IMG/VR virus record: IMGVR_UViG_3300042481_000164
Span: 32,001-96,000 of that record
DNA length: 64,000 nucleotides
Origin: a virus
Lineage: Duplodnaviria; Caudoviricetes
Strand: one strand, 5' to 3'
Part shown: in pieces, positions 11,201 through 20,766 of the stretch
Position numbering within the stretch: position 1 is the first letter of the stretch
How the letters are laid out: the number at the start of each line of letters is the position of its first letter
Made by a program: the position numbers and the translations under genes
The notes under the pieces: generated by a model
Told to the model about the DNA's origin: nothing
What the model saw: only the letters and a program-made list of their open reading frames with translations
Databases searched by the model: none

Positions 11201-14200
11201 TGAGTATAAAAAAATACTTGACATGTTGTATATGTACAAAGATGATTTTGGTCAGCCTGATGCTACTCAATTAGGAGAAGATAAGCTTAGAAAAATCAAA
11301 GATATTCAACAAAATATTATTGATTTAAGACAAAAGTTTGATAAATACACAGGTTTAACAAGAGAAGATTCTCAAACTCTTTCTGAATTAATTTTAAAAT
11401 CTAGAGATGAGGAGTTAACTACAGAAGAAGCGGAAGAATTGGATAGGTTAATTTCTTCTAAGAAAAATGTAGATATTAATCTGATTGAAACTATGTCAGA
11501 GATATTAGAAGAATTATCAAGTATTTCTAGCAAGTATCCTACTGATTACTACATGGAAGCATTAGAAACACATATGAGTAAGTATGAAAACATACCAGCT
11601 TTTTCAGATGTAACTGTAGATGATTTTATTAATAAAGAGTTGTTTCAACAATTAATTGATCCAACAAGTAGCTTGTATGATGAAGAGTTAGCTAAATGGT
11701 TTGAATTAAACCATGTTGAAGTTATGGTTTTTGAGAATAAGGCATTGGTGAAAAAATACCAGAGAACCGCTGCTAATTCCTACAGCAAACCAACAAACCC
11801 TGAGCATTTTATTACTACTAAAATAAAAGACAATCAAACTGATGAAGTAATCTCTATTATAGGTGTACCTAATATAAGACACTCAAGAAGAGTTGTTAAA
11901 AATGAGTACAGAACAATACCAAGAGGAACAAACAAGAAAGATTACATTGGTAAGTATATAGATAATAAAGGACACTTTTTACCTAGAAGCTTTCAACCAG
12001 GTAGTAAGAACAGTGCTCTTAATGATAGATTTATTGATAAGAGATACCAAGCTTTAAAAGCTGACCCTAATTCAGCTGAGTTTCAGTTGATAGAAGCAAT
12101 GAAAAAGTTCCATTTGAGCAATCAGGAAGGTGCTTCTAATTATGGTAAATTATACTTAGATGTTCCAAGATATGGTATTGGAACCAGTGATAAATACCAA
12201 TTGCTTGCTAAAGGTGAATATGGTGAAAGATTTAAAGATATTAGAGGTAATGTCAATGAATGGTTAAAACAAAAATTTGGTAAGTCTGTACAAGATAACT
12301 TGAATGGATATAACTATGATCCTGAAAATAACCTTGTAAATACAGACCTTAAAGGAAATGAGATTTCTTATATTCCTGTGACAGGTATTTATAATCTTGA
12401 TGCAGAAAAAATAGATGCTGATGTATTTAACTCTTTGTTTAAATACACTATGTCTATTCAAACTCAAAGTGCTTTATTAAAATCATTACCATTAGTAGAA
12501 TCTATTTTAGATACTCTAGATGATCCAGCAAATCAACCAAAAAATTTAGATGCATTTTCTAAAGGTATTTTTGCTTTAAGAAAACAACAACAACATCCTA
12601 CAAGAAAAGGAGCTACTAATAATAGATCTGCTCAAGTAAGATCACTTGTTGAAAGAGAATACTATGGTAGACAAGTAACAGGTATAGAAGAAAATCATCC
12701 TGTTTTAAGTAAGTGGTTGAGTAATATAACCAGTATGTCTAGTAGAGCAGCTTTAGCTTTAAATATACCTTCAGATTTAAAAAACCAGTTATCAGGTTAT
12801 GTTCAAACTATTATTGAAGCTTCTGGAAACAGATATATTTCTGGTAGAGATTTGGCATTATCTGCATCATGGTCAACTAAAGCTATGTTAGAGTGGACTA
12901 CTAAAGGTATTTATGAAATAGGTCCTGGAGCAGTTTCTACTCAATTGATTCAAGTATTTGATCCAACATTTAAAGCTAATGATGAAAATGGTAGACCTGT
13001 GTACAGATCTTTATACAAAGACTTGGTAAATGGAGAATGGATGTATATGCACAGAAAGTTTGGTGAGATGGATGTAGCAATGAGATTGTTTGGTGCATTT
13101 TTACATGCTGAAAAAATTGAACAAACTTTTTCTGATGGTAAAAAAACTTTAATTAGATATAATGATGCTTGGGAAAAAGATGCTGATGGTATACTTAAAC
13201 TTAAAGAAGGTATTCATCCAGGCTGGAGTTATGAAGCAGTTTATCATACATATACAAAAGGTGAATCTTTAGAAAGTATTGCTAAACAGTATGGTGTATC
13301 TGTTGAAGAGCTTAAAGCAAAAAATAGAATTAAGGATGTAATTCAACTTGAAGATGGTCAAGAAATTATTATTGCTAAATCAGAATATTTCAAACAATTC
13401 AAGAATAAACTACAAGGTACATCAAGAGCACTGTTTGGGGTTTATGATGAATTTGGTCAACCAGAAGGTAATAAATTAATTTTATACCGTATGTTCTTTT
13501 TCATGAGAAAATGGTTCACACCAATGTTTGTGAATAGATTTGGAATGGATCTTTCTAAAGAAAATTTTGGAGGTTCAAGATATGATTGGGCATTAGGTAG
13601 AACTACAAAAGGTTACTATGTTGAAGCATTTCAAGCTCTTTATAAAATTATAAAATCTAAAGGTGCTGATTATCAGTTTATGACTGATGACCAAAAAGGT
13701 TCTTTAAAGAAAGTATCTTCTGAAGGTTTAGTAATGATTACTTCAGCTTTACTTGCTTCAATGTTATTTGGTTTTGATGATGATGATCCAGAAAAATGGA
13801 AAAAAATAAAAGCTAAATCAGGTGCTTTGTTTACAGATGAATTTAACACTTATGGTTTCCTATCTAATCATGCTTTATTATTGTTGTTAGGTGTACAAGC
13901 TGAGACAGGTGCTTTTATTCCACTTCCTTCAGTAGGAGGTATGAATCTTGGTGCTGATGATTATGCTAAATTACTAACTTCAACAACAACAGCTTTTGGA
14001 AATACCTTGTTAACTTACATTGAAATCTTAGGTGATGTATTAAACTTGATTACATTTAATGATGAAGCTGTAAGATATAAGAAAGATGTTGGTCCTTATT
14101 GGTGGCAACAAAAAGGTGAGTTAAAAACTTACAAAAGAATATTCAATATGTTTGGTTTAACTGGTGGTATTGGAGATCCTGAAACACCATTGAAAAACTT

Positions 14201-14228
14201 AGAAAAAGGTGCATCAAGAATTAGGTAA
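8295..14228 (+). CDS. Giant virion cargo/ejection protein with zincin-like HExxH domain, LysM domain and C-terminal hydrophobic helices
   Basis: 1977 aa; LLHEFSHPLL...EEALA; YTKGESLESIAKQYGVSVEELKAKN LysM; hydrophobic segments near C-terminus; adjacent to vRNAP as in Crassvirales. Confidence 0.75.
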   Translation: MVCEVKLKSIKFLEDEKATNDVRKIIDIAKFDKLNRSLTKLAVDKYGLETNGENLFENREIKIKDVRTSTYRRDTFVTINRAEPNDPLFEKLQELKERYDQRNEIAKNAILPETTTQAQPKFIREKQANPDFPVIPMDLNTINQQQSKVVAEAIASKLAAKMGVNYHTVTSEQATQMLKNNPVPYRGEPAFFYNGAVFIVGDNVKPGILLHEFSHPLLQGLRKTNAKLFNSLFEQLAKTEEGLGIIDYVSRAYPELDATSDLFKEEALAFALQLKSLNKLEKQIETEGFQSFISKLLASLKQFLRDIFGNGVNLKNLNESTSLDELSEMLLDDTMFDFSEVKLTEDDLVMYVRDIFDEADKLSQSVNASTLQNIVNEVYASHVGIVNQIKDFKADKVTKEMLQRTLDKQGTTEFLPAVRKILSGYQNINNLQDLVNEDLEDLDRSKQMAGALINSIDRINSSSENIIKELNNISKQPNLINNRNTIALLGIYKNTSQAWLNIVDEINTALDELDIDKNSEFYTLVTGIVNNATVINSKIADIYKRGNVQFFVEITGYMNEFVNKELKGNLGIALKKAYPEDQLEAAVDDLYNKIVQQRLSNEDLQKMYSKGVPANILQEFIDKYNKYIVSKDDIKDALTGHAKDVSWFNRWLESYSSSNDIIVGPLAMFIQNQRTEVETKVWRASQDFRSKLADLLPKVNFNKLNQNQILNMVSGKDKIFYFNKKTKAYEAKEVYTFLNEFGNGWRFELDRLEYEYEEAKKTGDKEAIAKALDELRQFNKDYMWQEYTLDFYEKDDVFKNSEIGSLAYAARRSALDNYLNLQNSLQKEYERFEKYSELQEAFRSYQRLYSLQNEDGTEKVDDPAKGIYDKSIAELLIKHRQETSKFYEWVPITNSLDTAYNEFITELQSKNIKKGTKEYDTKLREWQKQNIRVVYSEKYYETRTNLFERLKAVQDQINSQLGTTYNVSDEYKKILDMLYMYKDDFGQPDATQLGEDKLRKIKDIQQNIIDLRQKFDKYTGLTREDSQTLSELILKSRDEELTTEEAEELDRLISSKKNVDINLIETMSEILEELSSISSKYPTDYYMEALETHMSKYENIPAFSDVTVDDFINKELFQQLIDPTSSLYDEELAKWFELNHVEVMVFENKALVKKYQRTAANSYSKPTNPEHFITTKIKDNQTDEVISIIGVPNIRHSRRVVKNEYRTIPRGTNKKDYIGKYIDNKGHFLPRSFQPGSKNSALNDRFIDKRYQALKADPNSAEFQLIEAMKKFHLSNQEGASNYGKLYLDVPRYGIGTSDKYQLLAKGEYGERFKDIRGNVNEWLKQKFGKSVQDNLNGYNYDPENNLVNTDLKGNEISYIPVTGIYNLDAEKIDADVFNSLFKYTMSIQTQSALLKSLPLVESILDTLDDPANQPKNLDAFSKGIFALRKQQQHPTRKGATNNRSAQVRSLVEREYYGRQVTGIEENHPVLSKWLSNITSMSSRAALALNIPSDLKNQLSGYVQTIIEASGNRYISGRDLALSASWSTKAMLEWTTKGIYEIGPGAVSTQLIQVFDPTFKANDENGRPVYRSLYKDLVNGEWMYMHRKFGEMDVAMRLFGAFLHAEKIEQTFSDGKKTLIRYNDAWEKDADGILKLKEGIHPGWSYEAVYHTYTKGESLESIAKQYGVSVEELKAKNRIKDVIQLEDGQEIIIAKSEYFKQFKNKLQGTSRALFGVYDEFGQPEGNKLILYRMFFFMRKWFTPMFVNRFGMDLSKENFGGSRYDWALGRTTKGYYVEAFQALYKIIKSKGADYQFMTDDQKGSLKKVSSEGLVMITSALLASMLFGFDDDDPEKWKKIKAKSGALFTDEFNTYGFLSNHALLLLLGVQAETGAFIPLPSVGGMNLGADDYAKLLTSTTTAFGNTLLTYIEILGDVLNLITFNDEAVRYKKDVGPYWWQQKGELKTYKRIFNMFGLTGGIGDPETPLKNLEKGASRIR

Positions 14229-14246
14229 TAATTAAAAACAAATACA

Positions 14247-14366
14247 ATGGCTGTAAAAACTACAACAACAAAAGTATCTAGACCCGGAGTTCACTCTAAG
14301 ACTAAAACTTCAAAAAGTAAAAAGTCCAAGAACTACAAAAAAATGTACAAAGGACAGGGGAGATAG
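14247..14366 (+). CDS. Small basic protein (39 aa, MAVKTTTTKVSRPGVHSKTKTSKSKKSKNYKKMYKGQGR)
   Basis: Manually translated; A-rich leader; followed by terminator. Confidence 0.7.
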   Translation: MAVKTTTTKVSRPGVHSKTKTSKSKKSKNYKKMYKGQGR

Positions 14367-14410
14367 AAAAAAAAAGGGAGAGCCCGAAAGCTCTCCCTAA
14401 TTTATTTATT
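14367..14410. terminator. Bidirectional intrinsic terminator between convergent blocks
   Basis: A-run + GGGAGAGC-ccgaaa-GCTCTCCC + T-rich tail. Confidence 0.85.
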
Positions 14411-14582
14411 CATCCTTATCTTCACAGCAGTCACATTCTTCTGACTCTTGTATACCAAATTCTGTATCAAACCATTCTCTGGCATCTTGCAAAGTCTGTC
14501 TATCATAACAACCACAATACATACTATTAGCTCCTGCTAAATATGCTTTGACCATTGCTTTTTTAAAAACATTAGGATGCAT
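14406..14582 (-). CDS. Small Cys-rich hypothetical protein (58 aa)
   Basis: Manual translation MHPNVFKKAMVKAYLAGANSMYCGCY...ECDCCEDKDE. Confidence 0.6.
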   Translation of the reverse strand: MHPNVFKKAMVKAYLAGANSMYCGCYDRQTLQDAREWFDTEFGIQESEECDCCEDKDE

Positions 14583-14587
14583 AATTA

Positions 14588-14752
14588 TTAATTTAAATCA
14601 TCATTTAAACTATTTAATGATCTTCTTACTGTTCTAGAAGAGTTAAATACATTTTTCCTATTTTCCCTAAATTTCAATCTTGGGTAATCACTCATTGGAC
14701 TCAGATTGCAAATCATAACCCATCTGTTTCTGTTTTTGTTATTTCTGTTCAT
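14588..14752 (-). CDS. Small hypothetical protein (54 aa)
   Basis: Manual translation MNRNNKNRNRWVMICNLSP...; fills the gap in a tightly packed operon. Confidence 0.45.
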   Translation of the reverse strand: MNRNNKNRNRWVMICNLSPMSDYPRLKFRENRKNVFNSSRTVRRSLNSLNDDLN

Positions 14753-15134
14753 ATTCTTCTACAAATTGTTTTAAGTTTGGTTTGAAATAATTTGGACCTT
14801 TTAAGATTTTACCATCTTCTCTCATAATAGCTTTACCATCTTCACCAACTTTACTCATGTTGCTTCTATGGATTTCATCAAATACTTTTTCTATTACATC
14901 TTGCATACCATGTTTAAGTATAGTACCACATAGAATATAAAGTTTATCACCTAATGCATCTGCTATTTCTGTAAGGTCTTGGTTTTCACAGCCCATGAAA
15001 TATTCTTTGTTCTCTTCATCCATTAAGTTGTATCTTAATGTGTATTCTTCTTCTGTAAGAAGTCTTGGTTGTTTACCATTTTCCTGGTTGAAAGTTTCAT
15101 GGAACTCTCTTACTGCTTCAATTTGTTTTTTCAT
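14739..15134 (-). CDS. MazG-like/PRA-PH family NTP pyrophosphohydrolase (DR2231-like, possible dUTPase)
   Basis: EENKEY...EIADALGDKLY...EIHRSNMSK...REDGKILKGPNY motifs. Confidence 0.85.
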   Translation of the reverse strand: MKKQIEAVREFHETFNQENGKQPRLLTEEEYTLRYNLMDEENKEYFMGCENQDLTEIADALGDKLYILCGTILKHGMQDVIEKVFDEIHRSNMSKVGEDGKAIMREDGKILKGPNYFKPNLKQFVEEYEQK

Positions 15135-15781
15135 AATAATTCTGAATCTATAACTTCTAATACATTTTTAAATGGGTTTCCCGGAATCTCTCCTACAGCA
15201 GTAAGCATAGCATTAACAACTTCTCTAGTCTCAACTTGTGCATCTGGTTTAAGTCTTAAAGAACACATATGCATAAGAGCAAGTAAACTACCAGTCCAAA
15301 TAAAACTTGTGTTTAAGTTTAATGGTAAGATAGTTCTAGCTTGTTCTTTAGATACACCTAACTCTAATAGTAGTGAGTAAGCTTGTTTACAAGTATCAAT
15401 CACTTTAGCTTCAATCTTTTTACAAGCTATTTGGTTATCTACTTTTCCTTCACTACCTTGTTTACTGTTTTTGCTTTGTTTTCTCCACTCAGATATAGTA
15501 TCATAACTATCTGAAAAATCAACATATCTACCAGAAATACTATTAATAGATATTCCAACCTGGTGCTTAAACAGCTGACGCTCAACATATATAGGACACT
15601 CAATTCTAAATTGAAATTGAGGATGCCTAAAAGGACTTGAATGCTTATGATTCCACAAGTACCTAATAAGTTTAGTATTTTGCTCATCTGTATAGTTATC
15701 CGCTTTTTTATCATAGCTCACGCGGGCTACATTTACAATCATGTGATCATTTCCAAAGTGATCAATTAACTCTACCTTCAT
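15131..15781 (-). CDS. thyX: FAD-dependent thymidylate synthase
   Basis: ARVSY, HSSPF, RQLFKHQ...NSISGRY, EQARTILP, LRLKPDAQVETR motifs. Confidence 0.92.
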   Translation of the reverse strand: MKVELIDHFGNDHMIVNVARVSYDKKADNYTDEQNTKLIRYLWNHKHSSPFRHPQFQFRIECPIYVERQLFKHQVGISINSISGRYVDFSDSYDTISEWRKQSKNSKQGSEGKVDNQIACKKIEAKVIDTCKQAYSLLLELGVSKEQARTILPLNLNTSFIWTGSLLALMHMCSLRLKPDAQVETREVVNAMLTAVGEIPGNPFKNVLEVIDSELL

Positions 15782-16307
15782 CTTCTTTATTAATATACAT
15801 TATTTTTTTACCTAGGTTATTTAATGCATCAATCACTTCATGAACATAACCACCTTCAATTCCATCAGGGTCTAACATTGTATTGTTTTTCTTCAATGAT
15901 TCTTCTAAGAAATCTTCACATATTTCTTTTAACCCAGACAACATAGCATCTGTGTATTCCATTTCTTTTAAATCATCTACAATAGAATGTATTTTTGCAT
16001 ACAGTAAAATAAATGCTGTTCTCTCATTACTTTTAAAAGAAATTTTAGCACTAAACTCTGTAAACATTTTTTGTAATTCCATTTGTGATTCTTCATTATT
16101 TTCAACAAAAGGAACTAAGAAACAAGAACTAAATTTATCAATATATTCTCCAAGGCTAAAGAATATTTTTTTATGGTCATGTTTGATATATCTAGTCTTT
16201 TTTGCCTTTATGTAATCTTCAAGTGTGTCAAAATCATATAGTAAATCAGAACATTTTATAACAATTCTTACTATTCTAATAGTATCAGCATGCTTAATTT
16301 CCGCCAT
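15762..16307 (-). CDS. Hypothetical protein
   Basis: 181 aa ORF in operon. Confidence 0.7.
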   Translation of the reverse strand: MAEIKHADTIRIVRIVIKCSDLLYDFDTLEDYIKAKKTRYIKHDHKKIFFSLGEYIDKFSSCFLVPFVENNEESQMELQKMFTEFSAKISFKSNERTAFILLYAKIHSIVDDLKEMEYTDAMLSGLKEICEDFLEESLKKNNTMLDPDGIEGGYVHEVIDALNNLGKKIMYINKEDEGRVN

Positions 16308-16319
16308 AGCTTTTTTTAA

Positions 16320-16505
16320 TTAACTCCCACAATTTAAACAGCCATCATCAGTATCTTCTTCTGGATGTTCTTCAATGCGTGGATTAAGTTGTTTTTTTAA
16401 TTCATAAATTTTTTGTTGAATTTCTCCATCCTGGAAAAGGTCACCTGTTAATTGAGTTCTTAAAATCTCAATGTCTCTTTCAATTTCTGCTTCTGTTCTT
16501 GGCAT
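16320..16505 (-). CDS. Small helical protein ending in CxxCGS
   Basis: 61 aa; ends DDGCLNCGS. Confidence 0.75.
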   Translation of the reverse strand: MPRTEAEIERDIEILRTQLTGDLFQDGEIQQKIYELKKQLNPRIEEHPEEDTDDGCLNCGS

Positions 16506-16730
16506 AGCTATTTATTTTAGGTTATTATTTAGCAAATCTTCTGGTAATCCAAACTTTTCTTCTCATTTTTTTATCTTGTTTGTACATTTTTTTCTGTCTG
16601 TAATGATAGACATCTGTAGTAGCACAAGCAGATAAAATGAAAATTAAAAATATAAAAGTTCTCATTTTGCAAAGATAAAAAAAGAGGTAGTTTCCTACCT
16701 CTCAAAAAAAATAAAAAATTAACAATTAAA

Positions 16731-18002
16731 TCAGAACAAATCAACAGTGAAATCAGAATCTTCTTCATCATCTGAAGAGCTAAAGTCTAATGAAAAATCT
16801 GGTTCTTCTTCTTTAGCTTTTTCTTCATTTGGTATTCTTATTAAAATATCATCAAGTGATAATTTTTCAGGCTCAGTTACTTCTACATTTTGCAATTGGT
16901 CTATCTTATCCTGGATTTTATCTAAGACAGCAGGCATTTCATCTAAAGTATATGTTCCAACTAAATCAGATGCATCAATGGTTGGTTCTTTAGGAGAAAT
17001 ATCTACTACAGGTGCTTCAAATGTATTTCCCGCAGGGTCTGTATAAACAACAACATCATCAACATTATCCTCAACAGCAAACTCATCTTCTGCTTCAGGT
17101 TCTTCTACAGGAGGAGGACACACAGCCATTTCTTCTTCCTCAATAACATCAAAGATGGTTATTTGATTAGGATTCGGAATGTCTTCTGATGCTTCTGGAC
17201 CCTTTTCTGGCCCTTGTTCTACGGCTTCTACTACTACTTCATCTTCTACAGGTGTAACAGGAGCTATTGCAGCTGTGGTAGTATGTTTAGGAAACTTGTA
17301 AATGCTATCAATAAAATAGTGTAACACTCTTTGATCCTCCATCCAAGTTCTAGGATGTGATTGTTGTAAAGCAATAGTGACACTGTTATAGAAAGCCCAC
17401 AAACTATCAGGATTACTGAAGGATTTCATAGGTCTCTCAATATAGTTCCTTACAATACTAGCTTGTTCTGTAGTTAGGATACCATACTCAGCAAATAAAA
17501 TTCCCAAGATTTGAGCCTTCTTTCTTTTGTCCAGAGTTTTATCAATCATCTCATTCTTATCGGACACCATTTGATTGTAATACTGGTGAGCATTTTGAAT
17601 CTGCTCATCAATATTTTGTTTTGTCTCAACATCTGCAGTACCCATGTGTTTTCTAATCCACACTCCCATTTCTCCGGATACCATCACAGTACTTGTAGGT
17701 TCAATATAGGCACCAACAAGACACTTAAACTTGATTTGCTTATTGTAACTATTTGTCCAAGCAAACATCATGGACAATTCAGGATCATTATTATACATCA
17801 ATTTATGTACACCTTGAGCAATCTGACCATCTGCAGTACATCTGTATTCTTCTAAAAGAATCTCAAATCCTGCTGCTGTTAATGCTTGATGTACATAATC
17901 AATCACAAATTGGTGACTGATTACAGTATAGGTAGAACCATGTTGTGGTAGCGGCACATTAATTAAATGTGCTTTGCTACACTCGCTAATTTTCTTTGGC
18001 AT
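16731..18002 (-). CDS. DUF932/DUF945-like domain protein with long acidic disordered tail
   Basis: TYTVISHQF, NSYNKQ, SLWAFYNSVTIAL motifs; E/D/P-rich C-terminal ~170 aa. Confidence 0.6.
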   Translation of the reverse strand: MPKKISECSKAHLINVPLPQHGSTYTVISHQFVIDYVHQALTAAGFEILLEEYRCTADGQIAQGVHKLMYNNDPELSMMFAWTNSYNKQIKFKCLVGAYIEPTSTVMVSGEMGVWIRKHMGTADVETKQNIDEQIQNAHQYYNQMVSDKNEMIDKTLDKRKKAQILGILFAEYGILTTEQASIVRNYIERPMKSFSNPDSLWAFYNSVTIALQQSHPRTWMEDQRVLHYFIDSIYKFPKHTTTAAIAPVTPVEDEVVVEAVEQGPEKGPEASEDIPNPNQITIFDVIEEEEMAVCPPPVEEPEAEDEFAVEDNVDDVVVYTDPAGNTFEAPVVDISPKEPTIDASDLVGTYTLDEMPAVLDKIQDKIDQLQNVEVTEPEKLSLDDILIRIPNEEKAKEEEPDFSLDFSSSDDEEDSDFTVDLF

Positions 18003-18004
18003 GA

Positions 18005-19990
18005 CTAAAATAATTTTAATTGAGTAACTACGGGCTCAAGAGACTGAATCTCTTTGTTAATTTTATCTAAGTAATAGCTTAGATTAATACCATATTCTTC
18101 AAATGGCTTTTCTACATGTTTTACATAAACTGTTTGTAACCAGCGTCCAGCTTCTATCTGAATCTCTCTGTTATCGGCACGGTTACATTTTATAATCTTA
18201 CTACCACTAGTAGAGATATAATACCTCAAAGTATCTTGTAAATTAGTTTTTGTATAATCACCCATTAATACCTGATGCTCTACAAATTCCCAATTCCCTT
18301 TGATTTTAACACCACCACAGTAATCAAAAATATTTTGTTCTGTAGCAAGATAATCTTCCGGCTTAATTCCATGTACAAAATACATAAATATAGCCTTTGG
18401 AATAATCAAGCAACTTTTGTTCTTATGAAGAGCTAGGTTAGCAAACTCAAACCTACCTTTAGACTTAGTAGCTTTGACAAAATACTCACCATTTACTTCT
18501 TCATATACATCATAAGGAACCTTTTTCTTGAGCTCCTCATAGACTTCCTTATCCACTTTTTTACTTTCGGTAACTGCAATATAATTATTCACATCACCCA
18601 GAATTATCCTACTGTAGGTATCATGCTCAAGTTGAAGATTAGTTATCTTCTCCCATCTAGCGCATATTTCCATATACTTATCATAATACTTTCTTGGAAT
18701 CATAGTCTCCAGACCATCTGTATTTTGCATTAAAGGCATAACATCAGGTATCTCAAGACAAATCATCTCATACAGCATCATCAGACTTAGCTGACCATTA
18801 ACAGTAATCCTCATAGTAAATTCAGGATCATACAGGAAACTATTCTCATCATTACTCAAACCATAAGTTGAGTTCAAGATGATCTTATATACATAGTTTT
18901 TAGGATCTTTCTTACTTATCTTTTTTCTTTCATCAAAGAACCATTCATACAGCTCACAAAATTCTTCTTTAGGAAGATGTAAGGGTGCCCATTTATTTCT
19001 AATAGCCAAGTTTGGATAGTAACTTACAACATCTGAAGACATGATAACCATTTCTTCATCTGATTCATATACTCCAGATACTTTAGCACCATGAACACCG
19101 CCCAGACCAAAGTCTGTTTTCACGCCCTTATATTGCACAGAATATTTAAAGCCTCCTTTTGTGTGCATAGGATTTAATACAATCTCCTTAAATCTATTAA
19201 GTAAGTTTTGAAATGTTGCAGTCTCAAACTTTGTATAAGGTAGAATTATATCTTCAAATCTAATCTCAGTTCTATATGTTCTGAGTTGTTTGAGGTCCCA
19301 TTTTTTGTATCCGGTTTTTTCACTAAGAAAATAAAGGAACAATTCTTTAGAAATTCTTGGCTCAGAAGCACTGAATAAATCAATGTTATACTCTATAGTA
19401 AGATTCTTTCTTAAATCAATCTGACTCTTAGATAACATTAGGATAGCTTTAGTTGACCTAACATCATTAATACAATAAGTAATAACTGTATCAATCTGAT
19501 CAGCTGTTATCTCTTTAGTATGATGTATTGGCATATCAACTATGTTTTCCCAATCCATTGTGTACTGAATCCATTTTAAAGAACTTCTCTTTGCAGGGTT
19601 ATCCCAGTGATTTAACTTAAACAAATCAATCTGACTTATAGACATTTTAGTAGGTTTAAATTCAAGGAACTCACCATTATTTTGTCTATTAATTACATCT
19701 TGTGCTTTACTATAAATAAACCTTGCAATTTTATCACCACTACTGGCTAGTAGGGTTCTTTTATTTTTAAGAATATGTTCTGTTATTTGCGCATCAAATG
19801 CTAATCCATTAAAGCTTATATGCCATTCATTATAGGCAATATTGTGTTCTAAAAATGTTATAAAATCAAAGATATCATTTCTGGATTCATGGCACACAAA
19901 TATTTTTTTATTCTCAGATTTTACATCCTCAAAGACTCCAATGAAACAATTCTTGAGTGTTTCATAGTCCATTACATAGTTGGTTTTCAT
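18005..19990 (-). CDS. polB: DNA polymerase family B (crAss-type) with 3'-5' exonuclease
   Basis: DYET exo I, FNGLAFD exo II, YCINDV exo III, DVVSYYPN, KIILNSTYG, NTDG. Confidence 0.92.
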   Translation of the reverse strand: MKTNYVMDYETLKNCFIGVFEDVKSENKKIFVCHESRNDIFDFITFLEHNIAYNEWHISFNGLAFDAQITEHILKNKRTLLASSGDKIARFIYSKAQDVINRQNNGEFLEFKPTKMSISQIDLFKLNHWDNPAKRSSLKWIQYTMDWENIVDMPIHHTKEITADQIDTVITYCINDVRSTKAILMLSKSQIDLRKNLTIEYNIDLFSASEPRISKELFLYFLSEKTGYKKWDLKQLRTYRTEIRFEDIILPYTKFETATFQNLLNRFKEIVLNPMHTKGGFKYSVQYKGVKTDFGLGGVHGAKVSGVYESDEEMVIMSSDVVSYYPNLAIRNKWAPLHLPKEEFCELYEWFFDERKKISKKDPKNYVYKIILNSTYGLSNDENSFLYDPEFTMRITVNGQLSLMMLYEMICLEIPDVMPLMQNTDGLETMIPRKYYDKYMEICARWEKITNLQLEHDTYSRIILGDVNNYIAVTESKKVDKEVYEELKKKVPYDVYEEVNGEYFVKATKSKGRFEFANLALHKNKSCLIIPKAIFMYFVHGIKPEDYLATEQNIFDYCGGVKIKGNWEFVEHQVLMGDYTKTNLQDTLRYYISTSGSKIIKCNRADNREIQIEAGRWLQTVYVKHVEKPFEEYGINLSYYLDKINKEIQSLEPVVTQLKLF

Positions 19991-20310
19991 AATACAGTAT
20001 GCCCAGCAATAGCCATTAAGTTAACAAATTCTTCTACAGTTTTCTTACCAACATTATGATATTTTAAGAAGTTTTCTTTGGTAATATCTGTAAAATAAGA
20101 TAATTTTTGATGTTCATTATACCAAACACAATAATTAGGTTCATGAAGTGCATGAAATAGATTAGTGCTTATATACTCAGCTAAATCTATTAAATTTGTA
20201 TCAAGAGTAAGGTTAAGTTCTTTAAATTTTTCAAACTTTAGATTCTTTTGTTGTTCTTCATATGCTTTAATAACCTTTAAAGCATTTTTATAACTTCTTT
20301 CTGTTACCAT
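19987..20310 (-). CDS. Small protein with RNA polymerase alpha-CTD-like C-terminus
   Basis: ISTNLFHAL...ITKENFLKYHNVGKKTVEEF resembles the alphaCTD HhH (LLKxxNxGKKSxxEI). Confidence 0.55.
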   Translation of the reverse strand: MVTERSYKNALKVIKAYEEQQKNLKFEKFKELNLTLDTNLIDLAEYISTNLFHALHEPNYCVWYNEHQKLSYFTDITKENFLKYHNVGKKTVEEFVNLMAIAGHTVL

Positions 20311-20385
20311 AAGATTATTCAGTTAAGCTGTCTCCCCTGTTTAGTTAAGAAACAGAGTGCCACTGATGACACTCTGTGACATCAA

Positions 20386-20766
20386 TTAATTAGCAGCTGG
20401 TTCTGCAACTTTGTCCATGAAAGACTTATAGTCAAAAGTTTTTGCATTAGTAGCAAAAGTATGTAACAAGTCTTCAATAGCAACTCTATCTTCAACATAG
20501 AACTCTTGGAATACTTCAATTTTGTTTCTCTCTTCTTTGAAAGTTCTTCCATTCATTCTTTGTTTACATGGAATTGGGTCACCCAACTCATTTAATTTTG
20601 GCAACATGTGCAAACTTTGTTTTCTAATTTTTGATATGATTACAAACACTTTTGTAGCCGGGTCAAAAATACATTCCACATATGGACACTCTTCCAAAAT
20701 AGGAATTAGTCTAAAAGTTTGTGTTTCATTCCATGTCGCTTGGACAATCATCATTGAATTCTTCAT
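20386..20766 (-). CDS. Hypothetical protein
   Basis: 126 aa ORF; upstream TAAATTTG box, downstream hairpin. Confidence 0.75.
   Translation of the reverse strand: MKNSMMIVQATWNETQTFRLIPILEECPYVECIFDPATKVFVIISKIRKQSLHMLPKLNELGDPIPCKQRMNGRTFKEERNKIEVFQEFYVEDRVAIEDLLHTFATNAKTFDYKSFMDKVAEPAAN

Noticed and set aside
1260-12467. Antisense ORFs inside the two giant genes (and similar shadows elsewhere)
   Set aside because: Typical reverse-frame shadows of codon bias with no motifs
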